DNA from: Lingula anatina
Lineage: Eukaryota; Animalia; Brachiopoda
Assembly: GCA_051362555.1 (NCBI GenBank)
Contig: CM120644.1
Coordinates: forward strand, 256,954-320,953
Direction of reading: 5' to 3'
DNA length: 64,000 bases
Within the stretch, counting starts at the first letter, position 1, and each line of letters starts with the position of its first letter. The notes under the pieces were generated by a model, which was not told the DNA's origin, searched no databases, and was given only the letters and a program-made list of their open reading frames with translations. The position numbers and the translations under genes are program-made. Positions 25,866 to 39,564 of this stretch are shown here, piece by piece.

Positions 25866-26567
25866 GATCAATTTTGTTGGTTAATTAATTTATCACCGAT
25901 TTAAGTTCAACATTAATCTATCCGAAACTTTTGAATTTTCTTTCGACGGTAACCATAGTCCGCCATCTTGTTTGGGAATTTGCCTTAGAACATAGCTGAA
26001 GGTATATCTGAGCAAAAATAAATAGTCTACCGATTTTGGCAGTTATAAAAAATAAGATCAACGGTTGTGATACAAACTAACTTCTGAAAAAGCTTATTTC
26101 ATTATGTTGTATTAAAATGAAGAAACAGTGAATATGAAATGAATGAAAAGTAGTAACGCGCAATGTTAAAGAGAAACAACCACGCACTACTTTCAAATAC
26201 AATCACCAAGGAAACCAAGCGGAAGCGGAAATTACGACTTCTTTTGTGCTGGAGGTGTGAAACGACATCTCTCCAAAACAAGTTTTAGTGACACGTTGCA
26301 TTGTAAATAAGTTCATGAGATTCACTTTAAAGAATGTCAAATTGGTGACATCATGGTGTGTTTGTGGTGACCCACAGAAGCTTGATAGAGGCTTGTATTA
26401 CTTAATATTGTTGCAAGCACTTCTTTAAAGGCATTTTATTTCGTATTTGTACTCGATTGACTTTACCAGGTGTTGAACTTACACTGTAGCATTTTAATAA
26501 TGCAGATGAAGAGATAAGGTATGCGGGCGGTTTTGCCCTAGAAGAAGAAGAAGAAAGCTTTTTCAAG
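25866..26567. promoter_or_regulatory. Putative bidirectional promoter between CFAP221 and SEC22A
   Basis: Divergent ATGs ~700 bp apart; YY1-like CCGCCATCTT (25960-25969), X-box-like ATCACCAAGGAAAC (26202-26215), tandem ETS-like GCGGAAGCGGAA (26219-26230). Confidence 0.6.
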
Positions 26568-27744
26568 ATGGTGCTATTTGCTTCGATATTTCGAGCTTCC
26601 GACGGATTGCCATTGGTGGCGTTGACAGATTTTGACGGTCAGAGGTCAAATGTAAAACATGCACAACGTTACGTGAAGTTGATTTCAAAGAAACTGCATC
26701 AGCTACCAGACAGATGCACCCTGCAAAGTGACGACTATGTGATACAGTAGGTGATTCATATTGCTATATCTTTTTCTGTTTATCTCAGATGTATTATTAA
26801 GTGGATCATTATTGGAGTGCAGTACTGGTATATGGATGTATACATGTACTGTACGAAGTACATTGAGAGGACATTGAACTTTGAAGGGGGTGTACGTGGT
26901 GGTATGGACGGGTCCAAAGATAATCAGTTTTTGTCCTTCCTCTCCTCAATCCCTATATCCTAGACCCCTATACTAGTACCCTTATGCATTGATCAGATTA
27001 TAAGTTCAGTTTGAACTTCATTTAAAAAGTGATGAGGTCTGTCAAAGCACTGTTGTGGTACAGTGTACATCATAAACATGTACACTGTAGAAGATACTCA
27101 GTACCTGCATTACCTGTTGTATATTGTACATGCAGGGGTGGTTGGAGGCTGTCTTCTGGGCCTTCCGGAAGACAATTAAAATTCTTTCAAGTTTACATTG
27201 ATGGGCATTTAATTCTTCTTTTGGAAGACAGTCAAAAATGGAAGATGAATCAACAAAGATAATTTGGAAGACTGTCAGAAAATATCACTAGATCCACCCC
27301 TGTAGATGTACATTGTACATGGTACCTCCAAATTTTACTTGTCCTTTCAATTCCACTGTGCTGTGCTTAATACTAACCTTGTGTTTTATTACAGTTTTAT
27401 TACCATTCCTCCCCAGAACATCAGTGTGGTGACAGTACTTGATGTCTCCTACCCCAGTGTGCTTGGTTTCTGTTTCCTGGAGGAGGTAGAGAAGGAGTTT
27501 ATAAAGCAGTATGACAGCAGGCAAGTCAGTGCAGCAGTTAGACCTTACACCTTCATGGAGTTTGGTAAGTCAGACATGCAGTGGCATATGCATGCATGCA
27601 CACACAATGGAGTTTATTCAGCAGTATATATGATTTCATATAAACAGCATACAGAGGTTCAATGTAAGTGTCTTTTACTACAGAAGTATTCAAACATATT
27701 AAAGCAACCCTGCATCTGGACCCCCCCCTCAAAAAAAAAAAAGG

Positions 27745-27835
<91 letters not shown>

Positions 27836-30800
27836 ACGTATTTTAGTGCATATGTGAATAAAACATGTAAATGATATGATATGAACACAACATATAATTA
27901 TATGTGAATTATACATGGTATGAAATGACATATGATATAAGTATAATTATTTATGAGCCTCAGAGCTGAGATGTACCAGCTTCTTCATTTTTTAATCTCC
28001 ACATGAAGAGACTTGTTGAACTATGAGACTTCAGTGAGGTTTTGAGGATTGTTTGAAGTTCACCATGTTAATTATAGATGCACAGTTGTCCAACCAGATG
28101 TCTTGATTTAAGCTGTAGACACATGTCTGATGCAGTTAAAAACAAATAGACGTGATAGTTGTGGTAAATTTTAATCAAATGCCAGTCAAGTTCTGACATA
28201 ACAAGCAGGCATGTAGGGATATAAAAATGAAGAAGATTGAGATAGATTGAGCCCAGCATCTCTGAAACTATCTACCATACACTATATATACACTGTATTA
28301 TATGTGGGAATAAAACTAACAAACCAACTATATTACTCATATTCCACATTTATATTTATATGAAATAACTGTTTTTAGGGTCCACGTTGCAGAGGCAGAA
28401 GCAGCGTTATGGCAGCCCGCGGAGCCTGAACACCAGGGTTAACGTGGCTGACATGAGTCAACAGTTAAAGATGATGCCTCCATTCCAGATAGCAGCTGAG
28501 GATGTGGAGCCAACATATGGCGGAGTGCTTCACAAGAATGACTATGGACCAACTGGTGAGGGGGGGGGGGGGGGGGGGGGGGAAGGAGTTGAATAGATAC
28601 AGATATATCACAGACAGACAGACAGACAGGAAGACGGACAGGCAGACAGACGGACAGACAGACAGGCAGATGGAGAGACAGACAGGGACACAAACATATA
28701 AAGAGTTAACATTAACAACTTTTATGAATAAATGATTGTATGGCTAAACCCCATAAAGCCATTTATAGTTGTCTTTACATAGTGGAGCCATAATGTGACT
28801 TAATATGTTGCAGCTTAAACGTAAGCATACAAAATGAGGACAATATTGATATTTTATTTTCTAATTTAAAAACAAAAGCTGTGAACCTTGGTACTATGTA
28901 ACTCTGTGTTTGCAGTGACGCCTGTGGCACAGCTACGCCTCCCACTGGGGTGGCTGGGGAAACTGTCCGCCATGTTGAATGTGATCTGTGCTGTCCTGAA
29001 CTTAACCCGCGGCATGTCAGTCATCAACGATGGTCACATCCATGTAGATGTAGGTGGCAGCACTGATATATACAACACAACATACAACACAACACAACAA
29101 TGGTCACATCCATGTAGATGTTGGTGGCAGCACTGATATATACAACACAACATACAACACAACACAACAATGGTCACATCCATGTAGATGTTGGTGGCAG
29201 CACTGATATATACAACACAACATACAACACAACACAACAATGGTCACATCCATGTAGATGTAGGTGGCAGCACTGATATATACAACACAACATACAACAC
29301 AACACAACAATGGTCACATCCATGTAGATGTTGGTGGCAGCACTGATATATACAACACAACATACAACACAACACAACAATGGTCACATCCATGTAGATG
29401 TTGGTGGCAGCACTGATATATACAACACAACATACAACACAACACAACAATGGTCACATCCATGTAGATGTAGGTGGCAGCACTGATATATACAACACAA
29501 CATACAACACAACACAAAGATGGTCACATCCATGTAGATGTAGGTGGCAGCACTGATATATACAACACAACATACAACACAACACAACGATGGTCACATC
29601 CATGTAGATGCAGGTGAAAAAACTGAGATATACAACATAACACTAACAGCACTATGCAACACAACACCACAAAATACAACTGAATGTGAACACAATGCAA
29701 TACAATATGATAGAATACCATAAAACAACACATTCACAAAACAAGGGCATCATGGTACACATCACATTGTACAACTCTACAATCATATACATGTACATAA
29801 AAGTGTATGCAGTGAAAGCAGTCCTTGTATTAGATGCAGTTTAACACAATATTCACACACACACATGCACGCACGCACACACACACTCACACACACATAG
29901 TGCAATATGATACAACACACAAAATAATTCTTAAACACTGTTAAAGCTGTTACATGACCAAAGATATGCCCTGATTTCTTGAACAATATTTCCATGTTGT
30001 ATACTTTCAGTTAACAGAGATCAACTCTTTTGTATATGGTGCTGCGTTCATGCTCACAAGTCTCTTCTGTATATATCAGGTAGGCTGGGATTAAATATTT
30101 CTTACTTTTAGTGAAATATGTCTCATATTCCTATTTTAGTGGACCTCCACCTTTTGAATTATCTTAAAACAATGCTAACTAAAAGTTTGGGAATTAAAGT
30201 TAAGGTTAACTTTTTCTTAAGCTATTCTATGAAGTTATCCTCATATGTGGTATGAGGTAGAAGTTGTTGCAGATATCCTCCATATTTCAGATATTTCTGC
30301 TGTATACCCACTATTCCTCCATATTTCAGATATTCCTGCTGTATACCCACTATTCCTCCATATTTCAGATATTCCTGCTGTATACCCACTCCCACTATTC
30401 CTCCATATTTCAGATATTTCTGCTGTATACCCACTATTCCTCCATATTGCAGATATTTCTGCTGTATACCCACTATTCCTCCATATTTCAGATATTTCTG
30501 CTGTATACCCACTATTCCTCCATATTTCAGATATTCCAGCTGTATACCCACTATTCCTCCATATTTCAGATATTCCTGCTGTATACCCACTATTCCTCCA
30601 TATTTCAGATATTCCTGCTGTATGCCCACTCCTGCTATTCCTCCATATTTCAGATATTCCTGCTGTGTACCCACTATTCCTCCATATTTCAGATATTCCT
30701 GCTGTATACCCACTCCCACTATTCCTCCATAGTTCAGATATTCCTGCTGTATACCCACTATTCCTCCATATTTCAGATATTCCTGCTGTATACCCACTAT

Positions 30801-31879
30801 TCCTCCATATTTCAGATATTCCTGCTGTATACCCACTCCCACTGCTGTATACCCACTATTCCTCCATATTGCAGATATTTCTGCTGTATACCCACTATTC
30901 CTCCATATTTCAGATATTCCTGCTGTATACCCACTATTCCTCCATATTTCAGATATTCCTGCTGTATACCCACTCCCACTATTCCTCCATATTTCAGATA
31001 TTCCTGCTGTATACCCACTATTCCTCCATATTTCAGATATTCCTGCTGTATACCCACTATTCCTCCATATTTCAGATATTCCTGCTGTATACCCACTATT
31101 CCTCCATATTTCAGATATTCCTGCTGTATACCCACTCCCACTATTCCTCCATATTTCAGATATTTCTGCTGTATACCCACTATTCCTCCATATTGCAGAT
31201 ATTTCTGCTGTATACCCACTATTCCTCCATATTTCAGATATTTCTGCTGTATACCCACTATTCCTCCATATTTCAGATATTCCAGCTGTATACCCACTAT
31301 TCCTCCATATTTCAGATATTCCTGCTGTATACCCACTATTCCTCCATATTTCAGATATTCCTGCTGTATGCCCACTCCTGCTATTCCTCCATATTTCAGA
31401 TATTCCTGCTGTGTACCCACTATTCCTCCATATTTCAGATATTCCTGCTGTATACCCACTCCCACTATTCCTCCATATTTCAGATATTCCAGCTGTATAC
31501 CCACTATTCCTCCATATTTCAGATATTCCTGCTGTATACCCACTATTCCTCCATAGTTCAGATATTTCTGCTGTATACCCACTATTCCTCCATATTTCAT
31601 ATATTACTGCTGTATATCCACTATTCCTCCATATTTCAGATATTTCTGCTGTATACCCACTATTCCTCCATATTTCAGATATTCCTGCTGTATACCCACT
31701 CTCGCTGGAAGAAGTCCAAGACGTACGTGACCAGTATACTGATGTGTCTGTGTCAGCTGGTCACGTGGGAGCTGAGGAACCTTCTGCAGATAGGGTTCCA
31801 CTTCCTGGCAAATCTTCTCATTACTTTTATCATTCTGTATAGACTCGGCTTGAATAAAGTCCCGGATTACCACGTTTAA
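26568..31879 (+). CDS. SEC22A: Vesicle-trafficking protein SEC22a-like (longin domain plus C-terminal TM helices), 6 exons
   Basis: Exons 26568-26746, 27395-27564, 28379-28555, 28916-29049, 30011-30079, 31679-31879. Longin motifs FASIFRASDGLPL, SYPSVLGFCFLEEV..EF, VRPYTFMEF; hydrophobic segments; C-terminus KVPDYHV resembles the SEC22A/C tail. Confidence 0.9.
27763..27830. repeat. (TA)n microsatellite after a poly-A run
   Basis: Uninterrupted TA dinucleotide run. Confidence 0.95.
29030..29615 (+). repeat. 70-bp repeat x9 of the SEC22A exon-4 donor
   Basis: tggtcacatccatgtagat|gt(a/t)ggtggcagcac...; donors every 70 bp from 29050 to 29540, last copy GCAGGT at 29610. Confidence 0.92.
30276..31700 (+). 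repeat. 39/45-bp minisatellite, ~35 copies of the SEC22A last-exon acceptor
   Basis: Unit cactattcctccatatttcag|atattcctgctgtatacc; first AG at 30290, last at 31678, which continues into IFLLYTHSRWKKSK. Confidence 0.92.
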
Positions 31880-34289
31880 GGACTCCACTGTCGACGTGCT
31901 GTCAAAAAGAAGAAATCGTGTTGTTCGTCTTTCAATTATTTTGCTAACGTTTTAAAGTACCCAGTATGTGTATACCTGTATGTCAACATGATTTTTCATT
32001 TAATCAAAAAGAAAATAAAATAGAGTAAACAAAAAGAAATTAGTTGTTTTTAAAAGAGATTAGGGTGGTCAGGTGACCAGTGTGGTGAAGATGACTAGTA
32101 GGCCCCTACATAGACACATGCCCTTACAAAATACAGGTGTAAAACAAGGGTGAAAAGCAGCAGATTTTGAGTTTGTTCAGCAGAGTTTAAGAGATGACAA
32201 CTTTTCGCATGAGATTCATTTTTCTAATAAATGCATCGTAAACAACTCATTGAAATATAATAAATTCCATTTTACCACCAAAACGGCGGTTAGCGCAATT
32301 ACTCTGGAATCTGTGCTTGCCATCAGACCACGTAGACATTCAAAGATGGCTTCACGTAAGAGATTATTACAAAAAAAGACTAATTATTACTAAAAATGAG
32401 CTAATTTTGAATGTCGGAATGAATTCCTTAACCATTGGTAAGTATGAGAAAATCGTCGTTTACCAGGAAAATCCGTTTTTTACCAGAAACGAACAGTTGT
32501 TACCGGGTATATCTTTAATTTAACATAAATATAACCTAATAATGATATAAATCAATGTAAACAACTGCCTCGCAGAATACCAGTGCTGTCAATTTTACTG
32601 ACATGGAAACACAGTTATGATGAGTAAAATTTATGACTACTAATTACATGTATGATAAATTAAAACACTACGCAAGCTTCATTTGAATTGTGAGATTTCC
32701 AGTTTATGCGGCAATCCATTTGTCGATGTCATGCTGTCGGTAAACTGTTAAAAAAAGTTTCGCGTAGAGACTTCAAAATGGATGTCAAACATCTGTTTGA
32801 AACAACCACAAAAAAAAAAAAAAAAAAAAAAAAGATAAATTTTGATCTGTTAAAATATTGTAACGCGAGGGGTCTGACCGGCGTAATCGCGACACCCGGG
32901 CGCAACGTGGGAACTGTTTCGTAGGGAAAGTATACCCCTGTCCTTCGGAAATAACGAGGCTGATTTATGTTTTTAACATTTTTATTAAACGCAAAAATCG
33001 ACAATAAGATTTTCAGTCAATGGTGAATATCACCTGACTTATAGTCATGAAAGTCAATAAAATTGAGAATATGGTGATGTGTGCGAAGAACCCTAGCTAT
33101 GACGTAGTATGTGACGACATTGTAGGTGGAGTTGGGTAGCGTGTGACGACATCTGACTTCTCTGCTGGTAACGCTGTGTAGGTCGACATCGTTGATGTAG
33201 GATGACCTTGACCATCACTTTGTTTCTTCTTGGTTTCAGCTGGCTGAATAACATACCCGACGATCCCGGCCGGACAACTAAAGGGGACAAAATACAATCA
33301 TGTCCATCTCGGAAGAAACCGCTGCGCAATTGGACTGGAACATCATCAACAGCTCCAAGCTGACGTCTGCGCTTCACCAATGGCGCCCCGGACCCGTACG
33401 GCCTTTCACCCAGGGATGAGATGTGCACTTCTCTTCGCCATCATAAACTGCAGGAAGCTTGGCCAGGAACACAAAGCATCTGCAACCAAGGGACCAATAT
33501 CTCCATGCTTAACTAGATGTCCGGAACCGCGCAAATTTAGATACAAACGTAATTTAGAATTAGGCTCGAAATACGGACACCGTTGGACACTTTTAGTTAG
33601 GATAACGCTTTAGTATAACCTTCCAGATTCGCGGTCGAAATCGTTACGTCTGAACGCTAAAGAGGAAATCCACACTGACAAAAATGACCAGTTTCAATCG
33701 TTTAATGTGAACTCGTTGCCTGCTCAGGTACATTCTGACTCTCTATTCAATATTACACACTTTAGTACGTACTCCAGCCAATGGCTTCATACACTTCCTT
33801 ATCACTGGCTTCTTTATGCGACAGGTAAACAAGCCTTACTCAGCTTCTTCAAAATTGACACAATGTATTATAGAGAATACAATAAAAGTTATGACTTGAA
33901 ATTATTGACATTGTCTATGAAATATTAAATGTCTCCGACATAGAGTGCAAAATAATACAAGTGAGTGGAAACAGTTAATCTAAGGCAGGGTGGCGAGTAA
34001 GCTACGGGGAGGATCCAAACAAAGAACGTAACTACTGGTAACTAATAAAATTAAGGTAAGTTTTATTAAAATCCCTTCTTAAATACATGAGGTTGAACGG
34101 AAGACGAGTTACCCCCGCAGGGGCAGACTAATAAATAAAAAAGAATCTAACTCACTGACACTAGCTGGTGGAAAGAATTTCGGTGGAACAGGGAATCTCT
34201 GTAAAGACTCAGTCACAACCGCACGCACGAATTTTAGGATCGTCTCCTGCGAATTTTGGTTGCAGAAAAATCCGTGGAGTTCGTAGAGG

Positions 34290-35093
34290 TGGAGGAAAGT
34301 TTGCAATGGAAAGGCGCAAGACTGCCTTCTGAGTCGCAGGGGCCACGTGAGATGTCCTTTCAAGCAGGGTCGCAAATTGCAAGGCGCAATGGCCGTGGAA
34401 ATTGTATACCTTTCTAGAATTTGTCTTGCTACCTGCGTACGTGGCACGAACTCGCCATTTATGAAGAAAATGTAACGCATGGCGAAAGTAGTTCCCTTTA
34501 CGTCACTTTTGCTTCATACTTGCCTCACACGCTTGAGATGAGGTAGCCTACTGACGGCGTACGTCAGTTTTGCCTCCTGTTCTCCCCTTCTTTCTTTTCC
34601 CTCCTCCCTTCTTTTCTGCTCTCTAAGCTTCTTTCCTTTGCCCTTTGGGGGCATATTAGAAGCTGAAATAAGCAAAATTCTAAAATTTTAAAAAATGTTG
34701 TAGGCCCCTACACGTTGCACAATCGACGTTAATTGTCGAGATACTAGAGTGTGTCGTGAGCACGCCTTTTCACACTCCTGGCGTTGGGGTGACGCATGTA
34801 CGACGCATTCCTGCCACGCTTTTGACTTTGTTCGTTGGCTGTGAGGGCGTACGCCGTACTCAACACGCACCTTCATTGCTTACCACTTGCTTCGCCCACT
34901 TGGGAACTCCTTGCGAGGGGGGCAAGATACGATTGCGGCCTTGCTTTTCGCAGATTATTCGTAGAATCTTTAAGACAATATTATCCGTTTGTGCTTACGG
35001 GCTGTCTGCGAACTCCAAATTCTGCAAAAAGAACTTGCGTGGCACGTAAGATGCTGCGCAAAATTTGGACGTAAACAGGCCGTAAGAGCCCGT
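34290..35093. mobile_element. Diverged partial copy of the 175-1182 Harbinger-like element
   Basis: Colinear matches such as ctactgacggcgtacgtca.ttttgcc.cctgttctc, aactccttgcgagggg, aaatttggacg.aaacaggcc.taagagcccgt. The outer TIR is absent and the left boundary is uncertain. Confidence 0.8.
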
Positions 35094-36347
35094 ACCGTGG
35101 ATTAAGGTTTTTGAAGGCCCCGCTTTGAGCTCTGCAGCACTATTTATAGACTCCGCTACGTCATGCACGCGCTGCGGTCAAAGGTCAGGGTCGCGACCCA
35201 ACAGCATGGTCGTTGAGCATGGAAGTGTCACTAGCATTGAAGATTTAGGGCTATTTTTCCTTTATTTCGGATTTAAATGAAAGACTTAACTACGGAGTTT
35301 GTATGGATAAACCCCAGGACATGTGGCTCTAAGGAAAACGAAATTTTTAGGTAAGATTAAGTGCAAAACAAAAAAATAAATAGATAAATAAAAATAGAAA
35401 CAGGTTATAGCAGACGATCTTGAAGCCCGTATTTACTTTATTTATAATGATTTCTTATAGCGGATTCGTAGACCCTGTGACTCCAATTGTTACAATATGT
35501 TCACAAATTCTATGTAAATGATGACCTTGCGTTTCGAAAAAAAAAAGCAACGAAAACAGTCAATTAGGTTTCCATGCAGCTCCTATTATATAACATCAGT
35601 GACCAAATATCAATCATTTTCGATTACGATGACTGCAAGTATTTTTCAGAGGAAAAAGTGTTGGTTTGGAGAGTTTTAGATTAAGCTTACTACTGGATAA
35701 AAATGGAAATTTACCTTAGTATCGTGGCGTATACAGTCTATTTGATTCTTCCCGACATGCACGTCTCAGCCGTGTCTTGGCTCCATATATTTATGACTCC
35801 ATTGGTCACATATTGTAAATGTCGTTACCAAGTAACTGGCAGCGCAGTACGAACCTCTCAGGTAACTCACCTAAATCTTGATCAGCTGTATTGTATCTGT
35901 GACAGACATGACAGGCATAACATCACTTAAAAAAAAATCAGCAGACACAAGATAACGTCCTTGGGAGCGACTGCTAGGGTCTGGGGTTTATTCATTGAAT
36001 TAATTAAAGTCACGCTGGCAAACTCGTTAAGTCGGGCTTGCATTTTCCAGGCCAAAGTTTCGTTTACGATTTATCCACAATTAAAGTAGCTGGTTCACCT
36101 GTAAAATATTTACCGATGTGTGATATACCTTTTAAACGTTAACAAGTTAACAACTCTGTGAGGACTTGGGTGCGAAGACGATGTCGGACTTGGTCTAAAG
36201 AGTAGTAAAGAATATAAACGAGGTAAGCTGCCTTTAGATTTTTTTGTTAAAAGCAACTGAGTAAGCTGTTTTATTTTTACTTGAATCATGATTCTTTGTA
36301 ACACACTATAGCCGTTTTATAAAAACAATGTGGTTTTATCAAGTCAT

Positions 36348-36449
36348 GCCCCAGCAGGCAAACGACATTGATTCCACGCTGATTCAACGTTGATCCACCA
36401 AAAGTAATGTTGATTCAACGGTGAATCAATGTCGTTTGTCTGCTGGGGC
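36348..36449. mobile_element. ~100-bp palindromic MITE
   Basis: gccccagcaggcaaacgacattgattc ... gaatcaatgtcgtttgtctgctggggc inverted arms. Confidence 0.65.
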
Positions 36450-39396
36450 GTATGTGCGAGCGTGTGTGCGTCTGTGTGTGTGTGTGTGCGTGTACATGTA
36501 TGTGTGTTTGCTTGCATACGTTTACCTGTACATGTGTATGTATGCGTGCATGCCATGTGTGTTTGTAATGATCGAGAGAAGTAAAAGTAAGCATGTTAAA
36601 ACTTATATGCTAAAATGTGCACACATTTATCACCTAAAAAGCATATGAATCATAGAAAACATACAAACAATTCTGGATATATATATCGCTCAGATTTTAT
36701 TATGTATACATGTACTAACGTATCTTTAACAACAACAACAACAAAAAAGCCTCTGTATTTGTAATATGGCAGCCCATGGAAACACAAAAGCACAAGATCA
36801 GTGTCAGATCACGTCTTGACACGTGTCAGGTCAGCCAGGGAAAGGCTGAAAATAGGCTCGTCTCAGTGTGTATTGGTATTGATGATGTCGTCAGTCTAGT
36901 TCTCTAAAACAGTAGCGAGATTTACAGGAAAATGTATTTCAGTAAGGGTCCTTTTTTGTTTAACGCCTATTAAAATATGTTGTTCATAATAGAAAAAACA
37001 TCTTTGTAAAACCTCATTTTGCAACCGCACTGTAACCAAAGAAAAACGCTATCTTTTGTATTTCCCAATGAACGAATATTTAGGCGGGTATGTTGGAACG
37101 TTTTTACCTACGTCACATTTAAACGCTTCGCGTCTTTCATGCAGTAGTTACGTAAAGTCTTTTTCCCTTTTATGTAGCACCTCACTATAAAAAGGAAAAA
37201 GAGTTTACCTACTTACTGCATACTTGGACCGAATCAGCTAGGGGTTAAAGATAATTATCCCTTAACAGCTTTACAAGGCGTAACAGACATTTAAGCCGGT
37301 CAAGTTGACAGCAATTTAGTGAGACTCCCCAGGGAGTTAGGCATGGAAACCCAGTCTGACCTTGGTTAAAACAGACGTTACATTAGGCTTCCTACTCGGG
37401 GACACTTGCACTGTATTAAGATTTTTCTTTAAATTATGTCATTATTATTACGATAATTTCACTACTGTTTCAATATTGTCCCTATTACGCCAGTCTCTCA
37501 TAGCGTAGTCGGTCGCCTGGAATTGAACAGCGTACGGGTACACATGTAGTGGTATTAGGCTGAGCGACGTCGCAGAGATCCCGTGAGTCCACACTATAAC
37601 ACTGATATTTTAATCAAACACTAAAAATTCAAGCACATTTACTGGCACATGCTATTGCACTGTATGACTTCTGAGGTCAGGTTGCACTAAGAGGTTATAA
37701 TCAAGGGACGACCACAGGCAGCTTAGTGGTTTACAATATTTATTATGGAAAACTACACGGTACATGTACGTGTAAATAATATGCCGTGATATAGTAATGA
37801 CTAATCTGTACCGGTTCAGTTCTGCAGCCTTCCCTTAGCGAAGAACTGAAAACCCTTTCAGAAACAGGATCCGAGAATCGGTTTTATCTACACGTACGGC
37901 TTTACAACCGAAAACTTAACCATAACTTTAACACCCAATATTTTCCGTCTTCTACATTTGATAATTGATCTGCATCCACCCGTCTTTCTTTCTTTGTATG
38001 ACGGTTCAAAGTTGTTTTAACATTTTGATACTGAAGTTCAGGCCAACTTTTTTAGTTATATAATACATCAAGATGTGACAGATTTATGATAATTACAGTG
38101 TTTATCGCAAGTTTTACACAACCCTGTTGCCAACCTGTGTAAGGTACAGGTACCTCTATATATTTCTATATATAACACACAGGCCGGGCCCTCTATACAA
38201 TTATTAGCAATGCTGCAGCCGCGAACAATAGAAGTTCAGGTGTTAAATAAGGAGAAAGCCAGCGCTGTGCAGCTCTATACAGAGAGGGAGGGAAATCGAT
38301 ATTAAACTGACACAGAAGAGCTGGGTACAGGCGCCATGTTTAGAGATACAGCAGGTAGAAATGCACAGGTGATGCCTTTTTCTGTTTTAGTTGTTAGCTT
38401 AACAAGCAGTGGAGTTTGTCAATATTGTCCCCAAGTACACGTAAAGTAGTTCTAGTTGTATTGGTGAGTGCAGTTTTAATGAGGTAGGAAATTTTGGCTA
38501 AGAGAGGATTTCTCCATAAAGATGATATATTCACTGTGGTGACCGCATCATCTGCCCAGACACACAGTGTTCACTCTGGGGTCAGCGGCAAACTGGCAGA
38601 ACCCATCTCACGGCGAAAACATTGGATAGCCGAGGTTTAGAACGATTTTAAACCCGCTGTCTTGTAGACTTAATTACCTCACCCGCTGAAGGTACATGTA
38701 AAGGTCTTCACAGAAGAACGCTGGGGGCCGTTCCTCGGCGTTTCTGATGGACAGAGTGGCCTTAAAGACGAGGGCTGTGGTGCCGAGTCTTATTTTCCTT
38801 CTGCCGCATTGCTTTTCGACATTTAAAAGGTTTTATGAAGTCACTGTCACGCATGGATTATTGTCGCGTTCGCGTAGGGCGGGGTCCGTTTATTTACAAA
38901 TACACAGGTAGGCATTGGTAGTCGCAATCCCGTTTTTTTAACCTAAATAACAAACACAATAAGTGAGATACTTGAGGTGTAAATGCCTGACTATATAGGG
39001 AGTGTGTGTCTACTACTGTACTCAGGTCTATATCCACGGAGACTTATATAACGGTTGTTATGGTTGTCATGATCAATACACACTGGTTACCAGTATAAGC
39101 CTCTAACTACAGTACTTATTATATAGAAAAACAGCACCCTTCAAGATTACACTGAAATGGCATACCCTGTATATAGAGCTGATCAGAGAGTTATTGATGC
39201 GTGGGTATTACTGAATTGTTGCTGTTCAAATGATATCAAGTCAGTATCAAAAGCAATCCCTACTCTAAGTAAGCAGACGCGTAGGAAGGGGGGTAAACAT
39301 TAATGTAAAATGGCGACGGGGGATATTTACTATTGGAAATCGCTTGAATGGAGAGCCCCCTCCTAATTCCTACGCCTATGGTCAGATTTACATATA

Positions 39397-39564
39397 CAGG
39401 CCCGTAGCCAGGAGGGGTTCAGGGGGTTCGAAAGAACCGCCCTTTTTGCTAGGAAAAGGTCCACTCTGGGTAAAACTTGATCTAGGTACATGGAGTTTTT
39501 ATGGAAAAAGGTCCACTTTTTCAGAAAAAGAACCCCCCTTTTGAAATTGCTGGCTACGGGCCCG
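39397..39564. mobile_element. Short MITE with CAGGCCCGTAGCCAG termini
   Basis: TIR caggcccgtagccag / ctggctacgggcccg, flanked by a CATATA direct repeat. Confidence 0.7.

Noticed and set aside
30222-31600. GGIVGIQQEYLKY-repeat ORFs as shell-matrix or glycine/tyrosine-rich proteins
   Set aside because: Antisense reading of the SEC22A acceptor array; no signal peptide or gene structure.
12846-31700. CRISPR-like arrays
   Set aside because: The units are contiguous tandem copies without unique spacers, there are no cas genes, and the context is eukaryotic.
33093-33510. GC-richer coding-like segment on the minus strand (CPAGIVGYVIQPAETKKK...)
   Set aside because: There is a possible acceptor but no recognisable domain or partner exons, and upstream frames contain stops.
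37490-37600. Possible tRNA or tRNA-derived SINE
   Set aside because: An A-box-like stretch is present, but I could not build a cloverleaf or find a clear B-box.
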